The notes: a model not told the origin generated them from the letters alone. Counted from the first letter of the stretch, positions 1 through 10,163 are shown. The stretch: DNA of 64,000 nt from Sedimentisphaerales bacterium (GCA_963708075.1 OY970194.1:3552001-3616000), one strand, 5' to 3'. Program-made: numbers and translations.

Positions 1-126
1 GAGAAGATGATCACCCTGGAGAAGCACCTGTCCATCCTCGTCAAGGACGAGCAGATCGATCTGCTCGAGGCCCAGAAATGGACGAATGACCTCAAGGCCT
101 TCGTGGATTGCATGCAACGGGACTAA
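1..126 (+). CDS. 3' end of a probable PilT/PilU-family ATPase (partial)
   Basis: Frame 1 reads EKMITLEKHLSILVKDEQIDLLEAQKW...*, resembling the C-terminal M-x-T-[LM]-[DE]-x2-L-x2-LV helix of PilT/PilU; only 41 codons are visible. Confidence 0.45.
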   Translation, partial: EKMITLEKHLSILVKDEQIDLLEAQKWTNDLKAFVDCMQRD

Positions 127-138
127 GCCGGATTCGAT

Positions 139-1031
139 ATGACGATCGAATTCAACTGCCCACACTGCGGCGCGTTGATCGCTTTCGACAGCAAGTACGC
201 CGGCAGGCGCGCCAAGTGCCTCACGTGCGGGCAGAAATGCGTCATCCCGCAGGAGAGCTTCAAGAAGCCGGACAAGATTAAGCCGCCACCGGAGCCCAAG
301 GGCGACCCCCTGCCGGGCTTCTACCGGGCGGTCTTCCTCGACAACTGGAAGATCTTCGTCGATCGGCGGAATGTCACGCCGTTGACCTTCGTGGCGGCGG
401 TGGTGTGCTTCAAGTTCTTCCTCGCCCAGGCCTGCTGCATGAACCGCATCGCGTGGTTCATCATCTGGGGCTGGCTGTTCGGCTTCTACCTGAACATCAT
501 CTATGAGACAGCCTATGACGAGGACCAGTTGCCCCCGATCGAGGTCGGCACCTCCATCACCTTCCTGTGGTACGTTCTCGCGCCGTTCCTGACGTTCGGC
601 TTCACGCTGTTCCTCGTGGAGCTGCCGTTCATCGCCGCCCTGGGACTGGCGAAAAGCCACGGCATAGATGCCGGCGATGTCTGGTCCGGCGCCACGCCCC
701 TCCACCTGCTCCTGCGGGTCCTTCTGATCGCCGGGCTCTCCGTCTTTCCGGCCGCCATCCTGACGACAGCCGTCGGAAAGGATTTCTTCCTCCTGCGCCC
801 GACTATCTCCTCGCCCCCATCTTCCGGGCCTTCCTCCCCTACACGACAGTAGCCGCTCTACTAGCCCTGACATGCTTCATGGAATGGCACACCATCCAGT
901 ACACCGGCGCCGACCCAGCCACCATGGCCGTGCACCTCGCCCTCAACCTGGCCGTCCAGGTCGTCGCTATCCTTACCATGCGCTCCATCGGCCTCCTCTA
1001 CCGTCACTACGCCTGCTATTTCAAATGGTGA
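139..1031 (+). CDS. Zinc-ribbon plus multi-pass membrane protein, frameshifted near 798-800
   Basis: N-terminal CPHC...CLTC followed by hydrophobic helices. ORF 139-852 continues in the 567-1031 frame (LLRP/DYLLAPIFRAF) if one C is added to the CCC run. Confidence 0.7.
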
Positions 1032-1075
1032 TGGCCTGCGGTTCCGAGGGCTTTTGCGCCGGTTGACGCAGGTTC

Positions 1076-1759
1076 TCAGAACGTATATGCGAGCCCGATC
1101 GTAAGGCCGAGCGCACGCTGCGACAGATCATCACTGAGCCTGCCGTCCTCCCCGTGAGTGAACCAGTTCCAGCGGTGGATGAGCCCTGCCACGAGTGCCC
1201 ACTGCGAATCAAAGTAGTATGCCACACCGACGCCTGCATTCAGGCAGTATCCGACGTACTTCATGTCCTCGTCCCACGTCAACCCATCATCCTCCGACCG
1301 GCTATCTTCTACAGTGAGCCAGGGAATGCCGCCACCGAAGAGTATGTACGGCTTGAGTCTGTCCTGTGCAAAGACATCGACCTTGACGTTCAGATCGACC
1401 ACACTATAGGTACTATCAGCGTCACCTATCTCTGGGATCACCGTGCTTGTATCGTGGAAGGTTGACTGGTAGCCGACCTCAAAGGAAAGCTTGCCAAGCC
1501 TCCGGCCGAAGAAAACGCCGAAGCCTGCACCATCATCCACATCCGGGACATTGAACAAGTCCAAATCTGTTTCGTCCTCAGATTCGAAGGTAATGCTGTC
1601 GTCGAATTCTCCGCTCATGTGATTGTACGCGAACATCGCCCCCAGATAGTAACCGTCCTTTACGCCGTCGAATTCTTCCGCTCGGGTGGGACACACCACG
1701 ATAAGACACGACAACAGACAGATCACTACCGCCGCTTGCTTGCTCTTCTTCATAACCAT
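1076..1759 (-). CDS. Outer membrane beta-barrel protein (OmpA-like transmembrane/porin family)
   Basis: Signal peptide, amphipathic strands (KPYILFGGG, LNAGVGVAYYF), C-terminal LAYTF aromatic signature, and GGAG upstream of the ATG at 1759. Confidence 0.8.
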   Translation of the reverse strand: MVMKKSKQAAVVICLLSCLIVVCPTRAEEFDGVKDGYYLGAMFAYNHMSGEFDDSITFESEDETDLDLFNVPDVDDGAGFGVFFGRRLGKLSFEVGYQSTFHDTSTVIPEIGDADSTYSVVDLNVKVDVFAQDRLKPYILFGGGIPWLTVEDSRSEDDGLTWDEDMKYVGYCLNAGVGVAYYFDSQWALVAGLIHRWNWFTHGEDGRLSDDLSQRALGLTIGLAYTF

Positions 1760-1932
1760 AGTCGATGCTCCATTCCTGCTCGTTTGTGAAATCTCCGATC
1801 TTCGCATGACGCTGTCAGACACAATTGGGACAATCTCTCAAGTTCTCGCGGGTCCGCTAACCATCAGGGCGACATCATGCTGCCCGCTGACGATCTTACC
1901 CATAGGTGCCAACACGCATTTCTTCGATTCTC

Positions 1933-2430
1933 CTATTGATCTTTGAATAGATAACGAAAATGCCACAGTTCGAGCTTGGCATGCTCAAAGAACGAACGCA
2001 ACAAAGGTTGGTGAGTTTTCGTCTGCACGAGCGAGTGTCGCATGGCTTGGGCAAGCTCGGTGATGTCCTGCGGAACAAAGTTCGCCAAGTCCCTGTACTT
2101 CGTCCGAGTCCAGACCTGTTCGTCGGGATTGAGTCCCGGTGCATACGCCGGCAGCCACTCGATGCATAACCGACGACCGAACCGTCGCAAGAGCCAGCGT
2201 GCGGCCGAACCATGGACCTGTCACCGATCCATGACCAAGATGTGGCTTGGCCTTCAAGCCTTCGCGTCCTTCCCGCTGAGAGATCCTCGTCCATCGGGAA
2301 ACGGCCCCCGGTGAGACGCCGATTTTCCGAGCTACCTCGCTGGATCGGTTACCGGCTTCGGACAATGCAATGGCCTGGAGCCGTTGACATTCGCGTTATC
2401 CGGATCTCCTTCGAGTTATCACGCATTAAG
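1933..2430 (-). mobile_element. Degenerate, internally deleted IS630-family remnant
   Basis: An N-terminal HTH fragment (QAIALSEAGNRSSEVARKIGVSPGAVSRW) lies almost directly against the C-terminal DDE motif LPAYAPGLNPDEQVW in another frame. The middle of the transposase is missing; the right boundary is approximate. Confidence 0.8.
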
Positions 2431-2691
2431 AGATCGACCATTGCGGGCATGTACTTTAATGATTCGATATTGAATGAGCCGGGTGACCTGGTGCCTGATT
2501 TCGAACCGCGGGGCAACAAGAGCACCGGGCATGGAGTGACCTCCAAGCCTCGCCCGGCCATGCTTCCTGTAACCCGGTGCGAACTCTGGCCTGGATTTCC
2601 GCGACGGGAGTGCAGCTCCAGGCGCTGTCTGTGATTGCGTGTGGAGCGGAGCAATCTCAGGCTTCAGTCATGGCACCTGCAAAATGTGATG

Positions 2692-3282
2692 CTAGCTGGG
2701 TCGGAGGTCGTTGAGCAGCCGCTGCAGGAGCTCCATGGGCAGGCCCATGACGTTGGTGAGGCTGCCTTCGATGTGGTCGACGAACTCGTCGCCGGTTTCC
2801 TGGATGGCGTAGGCGCCGGCTTTGCCTTCCCAGGAGCCGCCGGCGATGTGCCTGGCGATCTGCTCCTGCGTCATTTTGCGGGGATAGACGATCGTGACAT
2901 CGGATTCGACCACTTGCGTGTTGTCGCGGAGTCGGACGAGGGCCAGGCCGGTGATGACCTTGTGCGGTGCGATGAAGAGCTTCCTTGTGATCGCTTCGGC
3001 TTCTTCGGCGTCGGCGGGCTTGCCGATGATCTGGCCGTCGTAATCGACCAGCGTGTCGGCGCCGATGACCAGTGCATCCGGGTAGCGGCTTGCGACACTC
3101 TGAGCCTTGGCCAGGGCGAGTGCTTCTGCGTGTTCCCGCGGGCCGGCGGAGCTGCCTTCAAACGCGGACTCATCGATGTCGGAGGGAACCACCTCGAACG
3201 CATAGCCGGCCTGGGTCAGAAGGTCTCTGCGCCGAGGGGAGACGGAGGCAAGAATCAGCCGCGATGATGTCACTTCGTCCAT
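2692..3282 (-). CDS. maf: Maf-family nucleoside triphosphate pyrophosphatase
   Basis: Motifs LILASVSPRRRDLL, IGADTLV, GKP, KAGAYAIQ, NVMGLP. Confidence 0.95.
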   Translation of the reverse strand: MDEVTSSRLILASVSPRRRDLLTQAGYAFEVVPSDIDESAFEGSSAGPREHAEALALAKAQSVASRYPDALVIGADTLVDYDGQIIGKPADAEEAEAITRKLFIAPHKVITGLALVRLRDNTQVVESDVTIVYPRKMTQEQIARHIAGGSWEGKAGAYAIQETGDEFVDHIEGSLTNVMGLPMELLQRLLNDLRPS

Positions 3283-3319
3283 GTTTGTCCACTTCGTCCA
3301 CTTAGTCCACTAAGTCCAT
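3269..3319. repeat. Degenerate 9-bp tandem repeat (GTCCACTTC-type)
   Basis: GTCC recurs at 3277, 3287, 3296, 3305 and 3314; the maf start codon lies inside one unit. Confidence 0.8.
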
Positions 3320-3322
3320 ACA

Positions 3323-4414
3323 TCAGCGCTCGATGGCGACACACGGCTCATTATTCTGCCAGACGACGGAGATGTCACGCACGAGCCGGTGACAATAGGC
3401 AAGGTATTCCTGGTCCAGTTGTTCCATATTGGCGCCGATGTAGTGCTCGAATACCTGGAGTCCGACCTGACGGTTCCAGTCCAGTGTGCGGGGCAGGTTC
3501 CTGTCCTGGGCAATCCGGCCGGCCGATTCATCCAGCGGCCACTGGCCCGACAGGGCATCCAATAACAGGCGATGATAGCACGAGTAATGCTTGCCGAAGC
3601 TGGCCTCGCGCAGGAATCGCACGAGGGCGTAGGACTGGCCGTAAAAGGCCATGACTGCCTCCGCCTGATCCGTGGCGAGCACTTCGCCGGGACTCATGGT
3701 GATGAGGTCCCGCAATGCGATCTGGCGGGTCTTGTCCAGGGTCTCGCGCAACGCGCCGAGCCTTTGCATGTTCGCGGACGGATCGAAATAGTACACGCCC
3801 TGCTCATAGCGGCTGGTCTCAAACTGCATGGCCACGCCTTCGTCGAGCCAGCTCGGCAGCCGGTACTTGAAGTGCTGGCTGTTGAACTGGTGCCATCCCT
3901 CGTGCCCCAGGGCGGTCAGCGTGCGGGCGCCGCCGATGTCATAGGCCACGCAGGCGCCGTTGAGGCAGTACGCGCCGGTCTTGATCTTGCAGAAGATCGA
4001 CGCCTGCTCGCTCGCGAAGCTGCGTGTGAACTGCTCCCACTGCTGACGGGTGGCGAACAGGTAGACTTTGAACCTGGTGACGGTTTCAATGGACTTGGCC
4101 AACTGATCATTGTAGCCCCGGTAGGCGGATTCGAGGAAGCCGGGAACCGTCCGAAGCATCAGGGGCTCCAGGACCGTTGTGAAGACCTCGTAGTGGGCGG
4201 TGCAAAGCCTCAGGCCGGGACCGTACGTGCTTTCCCAGAGCTCCACCGATTCAAGGGTTGGCAGGCGCTCGCTTCGCAGCCGCTCCATCGTCATTTCGCG
4301 GGCGTCGCGGGGCTGGACCTGTGCGGCCGGCTGGGTCTGGATGGTTGGGGACCGTCCGCACCCCGCAAGGAACAACAGTAGAGCGGGGGCGATCCGTGTG
4401 AGGTTCCAGGCCAT
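3323..4414 (-). CDS. Lipoprotein with zincin-type metallopeptidase domain (DUF1570/peptidase MA-like)
   Basis: Lipobox FLAGC; HEGWH zinc motif followed by LPSWLDEGVA. Confidence 0.8.
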   Translation of the reverse strand: MAWNLTRIAPALLLFLAGCGRSPTIQTQPAAQVQPRDAREMTMERLRSERLPTLESVELWESTYGPGLRLCTAHYEVFTTVLEPLMLRTVPGFLESAYRGYNDQLAKSIETVTRFKVYLFATRQQWEQFTRSFASEQASIFCKIKTGAYCLNGACVAYDIGGARTLTALGHEGWHQFNSQHFKYRLPSWLDEGVAMQFETSRYEQGVYYFDPSANMQRLGALRETLDKTRQIALRDLITMSPGEVLATDQAEAVMAFYGQSYALVRFLREASFGKHYSCYHRLLLDALSGQWPLDESAGRIAQDRNLPRTLDWNRQVGLQVFEHYIGANMEQLDQEYLAYCHRLVRDISVVWQNNEPCVAIER

Positions 4415-4563
4415 ACTCCTCCTCGACGTCAGTCACTTCTTTACCAGGTATAGACAGCCCATGCGAAGACGATGAGGCTGTATTGCAGCCAAGGCTACAA
4501 TCTATAAAAGTATAGCAAACGCGGGCGAATTCCACAAAGGCCGGTAAACACGCGGCGGGAGTC

Positions 4564-5124
4564 TCATAGCTGGCTCAGGGCAGAGCCGAATACCTCAGCC
4601 GTGAACAGGTAGACCTCCGTCTTGGGGTCTTTCCATGCATCAGGAGCCAGCCCGGCCTTGTGGGAACAGCACTGGGACAGGAATTCCTCCTTGCTCCAGC
4701 CGGTCTCGTCTGCGACCTGCGGGAGGAAACACCCGCATGCATAACCTCGCTTGATGTAGATGCCGTGCGTACCGAGTTCCAGGTTCAGCGGATTGTCGGT
4801 GCGTTGCAGCGGCGACAGGACGGAGATCTCGATCTCCAGCTTGTTCACCTCGCTGAACGTGATCGGATTGGTCAGGAATCGCGGATCGCCCGTGGCGGAA
4901 GCCTTGGCCATCTCCGCCACAAGCTCCACCAGCGGCCTCTCGGACACGAACTGCCCAATACAGCCCCGCAGCCGGCCCCGGTTCTTCAGTGTCACGAAGC
5001 ATCCGCACGGGGCAGTGAGCACAGGGTCCTCTGAACGGGGCGTGCTGAGAGGCCTTCTCATGATGACGGCCCGGATCGTATCACGGGCAATCTCAAGGAG
5101 CTGCTTTCTCTGAGCGTCGTTCAT
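4564..5124 (-). CDS. amrA: AmmeMemoRadiSam system protein A (AMMECR1 domain)
   Basis: Motifs FVTL...LRGCIG, DPRF, EISVLSP, FLPQVA, KAGL. Confidence 0.92.
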   Translation of the reverse strand: MNDAQRKQLLEIARDTIRAVIMRRPLSTPRSEDPVLTAPCGCFVTLKNRGRLRGCIGQFVSERPLVELVAEMAKASATGDPRFLTNPITFSEVNKLEIEISVLSPLQRTDNPLNLELGTHGIYIKRGYACGCFLPQVADETGWSKEEFLSQCCSHKAGLAPDAWKDPKTEVYLFTAEVFGSALSQL

Positions 5125-5764
5125 TCGACTTTTGCCTTGCTTGTCTCAGGATCTCGATCACTGCCGGCATGATCGAGACGATAATAATCGCAAAAATGAC
5201 GATTGTGAAGTTCTCTTTGACAACCCGGATATTTCCAAAGAAGTACCCGCCGAAAACGAACAAGGCAATCCAGAGAACGCCGCCAACCACATTGTACGTC
5301 AGGAACCGGACGTAGCTCATCTTGCCGACCCCGGCCACAAACGGCGCAAAGGTCCGCACGATCGGCACAAACCTCGCCAGGACGATAGTCTTCGGTCCGT
5401 ACTTCTCATAGAACCTGTGTGTTCGCTCGATGTGCTGTTTCTTCAGGAACCAGGCGCCCTCCCTTTTCAGGATCAGCGTGCCGAAGTACTTCCCTATCGT
5501 GTAGTTGGCGCTATCGCCCAGCACGGCAGCAGCCGCCAGAAGCACGAACACGAGGCCCACATTGAGAGAGCCCTTGGCGGCGAACGTGCCCAGCGCGAAA
5601 AGCAGCGAGTCGCCGGGCAGAATCGGCGTGACCACCAGGCCCGTCTCCGCAAAGATGATCACGAAGAAAAGCAGGTAACACCAGGGACCGAAATCCGTCA
5701 GAATCTGGTTCAGGTGCGTGTCGAGGTGAAGAATGAAATCAATAAAACCGCTGATCAATTCCAT
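5093..5764 (-). CDS. dedA: DedA family membrane protein
   Basis: Motifs FAETGLVV.P.LPGDSLLF and ARFVPIVRTFAPFVAG. Confidence 0.95.
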   Translation of the reverse strand: MELISGFIDFILHLDTHLNQILTDFGPWCYLLFFVIIFAETGLVVTPILPGDSLLFALGTFAAKGSLNVGLVFVLLAAAAVLGDSANYTIGKYFGTLILKREGAWFLKKQHIERTHRFYEKYGPKTIVLARFVPIVRTFAPFVAGVGKMSYVRFLTYNVVGGVLWIALFVFGGYFFGNIRVVKENFTIVIFAIIIVSIMPAVIEILRQARQKSNERRSEKAAP

Positions 5765-5861
5765 GATGTGTCCTTACTACGATCCCCGCAAAACTGCCAC
5801 CGGGCGACGATCCCCTATTGACTTCTGCTTCCCATACGCGGCCCACTGCGATCCGCTACTC

Positions 5862-5890
5862 AAAATAGAATCGTCCCGGTATAATGTCAA
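5862..5890 (-). promoter_or_regulatory. Putative sigma70 promoter of dedA-amrA
   Basis: Minus strand TTGACA-N17-TATTTT; it overlaps a plus-strand TATAAT (5880-5885) facing ispE. Confidence 0.5.
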
Positions 5891-5961
5891 GGACGCAAAT
5901 CGGGCGAACGCCGCAGAAGCGGCAGACTGAAGCAGATTCCTCATGGGAGCCCTGGCAAGAC

Positions 5962-6864
5962 ATGAAAGATAGGCAACAGTTCGAGTGCATTGGAGACGGC
6001 CTGCTGGTGCGGGCGCCCGCCAAGATCAATCTCAGCCTGCTGATCGCTGGCAAGCGCCCCGACGGCTACCACGAGCTGGAAACCATCATGGCCAAGATCG
6101 ACTGGTGCGACGAGCTGCTGATCCAGCCGGGCGAGCGGGCCGGGATCGAGCTGATTTGCCAGGGCCCCGAGTGGGCGCCGCAGAGCACAGACAACCTCGT
6201 GTACCGGGCGGCCGACCTTATCTTTCGCACGCGCGGAAAGGCCGACGACGTTCGTCTGACGCTCACCAAGAACGTCCCGGCCGGCACAGGATTGGGCTCC
6301 GCCAGCAGCGACGCCGCCGCCACGCTAGTGGGACTCAACAAGTACCTCGACCTCCGGTTGCCCGCCGAATCCCTCGCCGATATGGCGGCACAGCTCGGCA
6401 GCGATGTGGCGTTCTTCCTCAATGGGCCGCTGGCATTCTGCACCGGCAGGGGCGAGAAAATCGAAAAACTGCCTCACAGCTTCCCTTTCACCGCCCTGCT
6501 GATCTTGCCTTCCGTAAGTGTCTCCACGAAAGAAGTTTACGCACATTACGTCCACGATCCGGCTCTCTATGAGCAATGGCAGCGGCAGATTCACACGCAC
6601 ATGCGGAAGAACAGGCTTGATTTAGTCGCCAGGATGTGCGCAAATATGCTACGGAGAACCTGTTTTCATCTTTTTGAGGAACTTGGCAAACTCGAAGTAG
6701 CCATTGAATCGCTGGGCGCAGGGCCCATTTGCCTCAGTGGCAGTGGCTCTGCAATGTTCTGTATTCCGAGCGACCGGGGCATGGAGCACCTTGAAGAACT
6801 GCGGGACAAAATAACGGACAGCCTGGGCTGCAGAAGCATTATTGTGGGGAACAACAGGTGGTAG
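5962..6864 (+). CDS. ispE: 4-diphosphocytidyl-2-C-methyl-D-erythritol kinase
   Basis: Motifs [47 protein letters not shown]. Confidence 0.96.
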   Translation: MKDRQQFECIGDGLLVRAPAKINLSLLIAGKRPDGYHELETIMAKIDWCDELLIQPGERAGIELICQGPEWAPQSTDNLVYRAADLIFRTRGKADDVRLTLTKNVPAGTGLGSASSDAAATLVGLNKYLDLRLPAESLADMAAQLGSDVAFFLNGPLAFCTGRGEKIEKLPHSFPFTALLILPSVSVSTKEVYAHYVHDPALYEQWQRQIHTHMRKNRLDLVARMCANMLRRTCFHLFEELGKLEVAIESLGAGPICLSGSGSAMFCIPSDRGMEHLEELRDKITDSLGCRSIIVGNNRW

Positions 6865-6883
6865 AGAGTTAGGCGAGGCGAGC

Positions 6884-7324
6884 ATGAGGATTACCGAGGT
6901 TCGCATCAAACTGGTGAAAAACAAGGATGATAAGCTGAAGGCATTCTGCTCCATGACACTCGATGGCGAGTTTGTGGTCCGCGACATCAAGATCATCGAA
7001 GGGGAAGGCGGGTACTTCGTGGCCATGCCGTCCCGCAAGATGAGCGACCACTGTGCCAAGTGCGGCTGCAAGAACCATCTGAGGGCGAAATTCTGCAACT
7101 ACTGCGGAGCCGCGCTACCCGAAAGCCGCGCCAAGAAGGATCTTCAGGGGCGGATGAGGCTGCACGCAGATATCGCCCACCCCATCAATGTCAACTGCAG
7201 GCGGTCCATCCAGCAAAAAGTGGTCGCCGCGTTCAAGGAAGAACTGAGAAAGTCCACGCTGCCGGGCTACAAGCCTCCGGAGTGGGACGAACCTGACGAC
7301 GAAATCCCCGAAATCGTCTCGTAG
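6884..7324 (+). CDS. spoVG: SpoVG-family nucleic-acid-binding protein with zinc-ribbon insertion
   Basis: [25 protein letters not shown] and DIAHPIN motifs, with an inserted CAKC...CNYC. Confidence 0.92.
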   Translation: MRITEVRIKLVKNKDDKLKAFCSMTLDGEFVVRDIKIIEGEGGYFVAMPSRKMSDHCAKCGCKNHLRAKFCNYCGAALPESRAKKDLQGRMRLHADIAHPINVNCRRSIQQKVVAAFKEELRKSTLPGYKPPEWDEPDDEIPEIVS

Positions 7325-7440
7325 AATTGTCAGGGGCGAAAAACGCCGGCATGAGGTTTCTGAGCCTCGGCGATGCGTAGATTCTGCGGGATTTCACAGT
7401 GCCCGAGCAGCGGAAGGCCCAAGCCCGGAGAGGGCCCGGT

Positions 7441-7722
7441 TCAGGTCGTCAGGTCCTCCAGCACCTTCTCAAGGGCCAGGTCCAACCGTTCGGTCACGTC
7501 GTACCGGCCCTGAGTAATCTGTCGGCGGACCTGCAGCACCTTCTCCCGTCGAACCTCAGGAAGAGAAGCAATCCTTTTCAAGACAACACCCAACGGTGTG
7601 CTCTGTATATTCTCCAAGATCTGCTCCATAACGGAATCCTCATCTTGGGATAGATCCACTAGAAACGGGTCAACCCGGCGATCTTGCTCTTGCCCAAACG
7701 CACTGGAACCAGCATCCGGCAT
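7441..7722 (-). CDS. flgM: FlgM-like anti-sigma-28 factor
   Basis: C-terminal LPEVRREKVLQVRRQITQGRYDV matches the FlgM sigma-binding motif; start codon uncertain. Confidence 0.7.
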   Translation of the reverse strand: MPDAGSSAFGQEQDRRVDPFLVDLSQDEDSVMEQILENIQSTPLGVVLKRIASLPEVRREKVLQVRRQITQGRYDVTERLDLALEKVLEDLTT

Positions 7723-7789
7723 CAGGTTTACCTTATCAATTCTTGTCGCTCCGAATGTTCCGCCCCACCGCCGCGAGCGAAACCTTACA

Positions 7790-7805
7790 CCACTACATCT
7801 TGTAT
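7790..7805. promoter_or_regulatory. NrdR-box-like imperfect palindrome 1
   Basis: CCACTACATCTTGTAT compared with the consensus acaCwAtATaTwGtgt. Confidence 0.35.
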
Positions 7806-7842
7806 GCCCCAAAAGTCCCTGTCGGGGCCTGAATCACTACTG

Positions 7843-7871
7843 ATATCGACACACCGAACGGAAAAACTTTA
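7843..7871 (-). promoter_or_regulatory. Sigma28-like promoter upstream of the flgM-like gene
   Basis: Minus strand TAAA(GTTT)...GTCGATAT; the TAAA to -10 spacer is 17 nt versus the canonical 15-16. Confidence 0.45.
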
Positions 7872-8035
7872 GAGAACTTTTCGCCGCCGGGACTTAGTTT
7901 TTTCAATCAGATCGCGGTGAAAAAGGGCTCAAAAAGCGTTCCTGTCACACTGGGAAGGCTGGTGAATCGGTGCCACGGACGGATGCCAGTTCCTTTTTGC
8001 CCAGCGCCCGCCGTGGTCCAGACGAAGATGGAGAC

Positions 8036-8051
8036 ATACTACATATAGTGC
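8036..8051. promoter_or_regulatory. NrdR-box-like imperfect palindrome 2
   Basis: ATACTACATATAGTGC, a close match to the NrdR-box core. Confidence 0.4.
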
Positions 8052-8122
8052 TACTCCAGTTTCAGGCACACGGGCCTATAATGCTTCAGAAGGAAGGTTC
8101 AGCGGCCGGGCGACGGGCCCGC

Positions 8123-8627
8123 TCAGTAGGTGTACCAGAATTTCATCTCCACGTCCCACTGGTCGGGCATGCCTTTCTTCTTGGTCAGTTTGATTTGATC
8201 ACACTTGAGAACCTACCCACATCGATTGGATGTACGACAGAAACGTGGCTGACTGGACGATGCCGACCGTCTTGAGAGTGACTTTGGCATTCTGCGTCTT
8301 CTTGTCGACGCCCCCGATGCCACCGACGGTAAGATCGCAGCTCGCCGAGCGGATCCCACACCTGTTCGCCGTCCGATCGATAGCCTTGGCAAACGTGAAC
8401 TCCCCCGACGCGTCTCTGTCTTCGATGAAGGTCAGCCGGTCCGGGTCGTACGTGAGGATGTCGAGAATATACGTTTGCCCCTCCACACACTGGTCCCGAT
8501 CACTATTCATGCTTCGCCGGGCTTCCGGCAGGTACATCAGCGAAACCAGCAGAGGCCAGATGCTCACCAGAATGGGGGCAAGCAGGTAGTACGTCATGGG
8601 ATTCCTGTAAACCTCTCGCATACTCAA
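8123..8627 (-). CDS. GspM/PilO-like T2SS inner membrane protein, frameshifted at about 8210
   Basis: N-terminal TM helix; last gene of the gsp operon. Removing one base at 8210/8211 gives WVGLKCDQIKLTKKKGMPDQWDVEMKFWYTY*. Confidence 0.65.
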
Positions 8628-10141
8628 CTCTTCTCCAAGGGCTTTTGCGAGCCAATCGTCAGCGTCATGTCGAACTTGTCCCGCTCGCCATCGGCGCCAA
8701 TCTGGTGTTCCTCGACGAACAGGCCGACTTTCTTCATGGCATCAAGCACGCTATCGGTGCTTCGGCGGTTGCTCGTACTGCCGTTGATGTAGATCGTCTT
8801 GGTCGTGATGGTGATCGTATCGACAACCAGGCCGGTCTGTGCCGCACAACTGTTCATCGCCTGGAGCACGAGCGTCAGTTTGGCGGAGATCGATTCCTGC
8901 GGGGCTCCCTTGATCCCCTTCTCAGCCATGAGACGGTCGAGTTCCTTCTTAACGTTCCTCACGGCGTCCTTTATGGTGGTCGGCGACTTCTTGCCCACCA
9001 TCACGGCGACATAATCAGGCCGGAATTTTTCGCGAATGTCGGCCTTCGTCTTGTTCACGGACATCAGGTGGGCCTGGAAGTACACGCCGACGGCAAGCAA
9101 CAGGATCGTGACCGAGATGCTGAGGAATTTCAGGGCCCGGTTCGTGCGGAGTATTGTGCCTTCATAGGGCATGTGATCGTTGCGGAAGTTGACGCCCTTT
9201 TCCTTCTCCGGAAGCGCCAGGGCGGCCCCATACGCCAGGGCGAAATCCACCGCACTGAAGCAGCCGGCGATATCGTCCGGCCCGGCGCCGGCCAATCCTG
9301 CGGGATCGCAGACTGCCACCGGCCGGCCCACTCGACCCGCGAGCTGCTCTGCGGAGACCTCATTCCTCACATCGAAGAGGCACAACTGGTCCACCGGGCC
9401 GCCGGCCTCCGCCAACGCCGCCGTGAGGAGAGTCTCCCTCGCCAGCACCTGCTCTCTGTTGCGGGTTTCCGCGAGCGGAAACGCCCGGACCGTCGATGGC
9501 TCGCCCGCTTTGGGAATCGTAAGCAGATAACCGCGCGAGTCGGAGAGCAACGCATACAGGGGCTTGTGTTTGGACGCCTCGGCAGACGCCCCGTATATGC
9601 CCAGGTAACGGGAGAGACAATAGCTGTCGGGATCTACGGTCACGGGATCGATGCCGGCGCCTTGCAGGGCGAGCAGGATCTCGGTCAGCACGCCGCGCTG
9701 CGCGGTGAAGACGTCGAGGTCCGAGCCGCTGTCGTCGCTCGAAACGACTCGGAACGCCACAGCCACATCGGCAACATCCGTGGCCAGGGCCTCCTCCGTG
9801 TCGAAACGAACCGTCGCGGCAATCCTCTTGTAGTCGCCGAATTCGCTGTGCACCGCATGTTGCATGAACATCGCGCAGTCCAGGGCCACCGCCGCCTGCC
9901 CGAACTTCAGACCCCGCTCCGCACAGGTCTGGACGATACGCTCGGCCAGCGCCTGCTGGCGATTCTCTTGCGGGTCCTCGACAGAGACCGAGAAACAGCC
10001 CAGCAGCTTTCTGTCTCGGCCCTGCGAAGCCAGGCAGACCACCGTGGCCCGATCCTGTCTCAGGTAAATTCCTAAATGATTATGAGACTCCACTCTCAAT
10101 GATCTCCAAAAAGCTGTCAGCAACCGTGATGTATCGGCCAA
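8624..10141 (-). CDS. gspL: GspL-like (PilM/PilN-type) T2SS assembly platform protein
   Basis: Actin-like cytoplasmic N-terminus (LGIYL...), GVNFR motif, single TM helix, periplasmic domain, and position in the operon. Confidence 0.7.
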   Translation of the reverse strand: MADTSRLLTAFWRSLRVESHNHLGIYLRQDRATVVCLASQGRDRKLLGCFSVSVEDPQENRQQALAERIVQTCAERGLKFGQAAVALDCAMFMQHAVHSEFGDYKRIAATVRFDTEEALATDVADVAVAFRVVSSDDSGSDLDVFTAQRGVLTEILLALQGAGIDPVTVDPDSYCLSRYLGIYGASAEASKHKPLYALLSDSRGYLLTIPKAGEPSTVRAFPLAETRNREQVLARETLLTAALAEAGGPVDQLCLFDVRNEVSAEQLAGRVGRPVAVCDPAGLAGAGPDDIAGCFSAVDFALAYGAALALPEKEKGVNFRNDHMPYEGTILRTNRALKFLSISVTILLLAVGVYFQAHLMSVNKTKADIREKFRPDYVAVMVGKKSPTTIKDAVRNVKKELDRLMAEKGIKGAPQESISAKLTLVLQAMNSCAAQTGLVVDTITITTKTIYINGSTSNRRSTDSVLDAMKKVGLFVEEHQIGADGERDKFDMTLTIGSQKPLEKS

Positions 10142-10163
10142 ATGCCGAAAAACCGGTCCTTAA

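Noticed and set aside
2522..2580. Hairpin GCACCGG...CCGGTGC as an ncRNA
   Set aside because: A single GC-rich stem next to a decayed IS, with no family features or promoter.
4564..5124. Complete AmmeMemoRadiSam system
   Set aside because: Only amrA is present; no Memo or radical SAM partner is in the window, and dispersed organisation is common.
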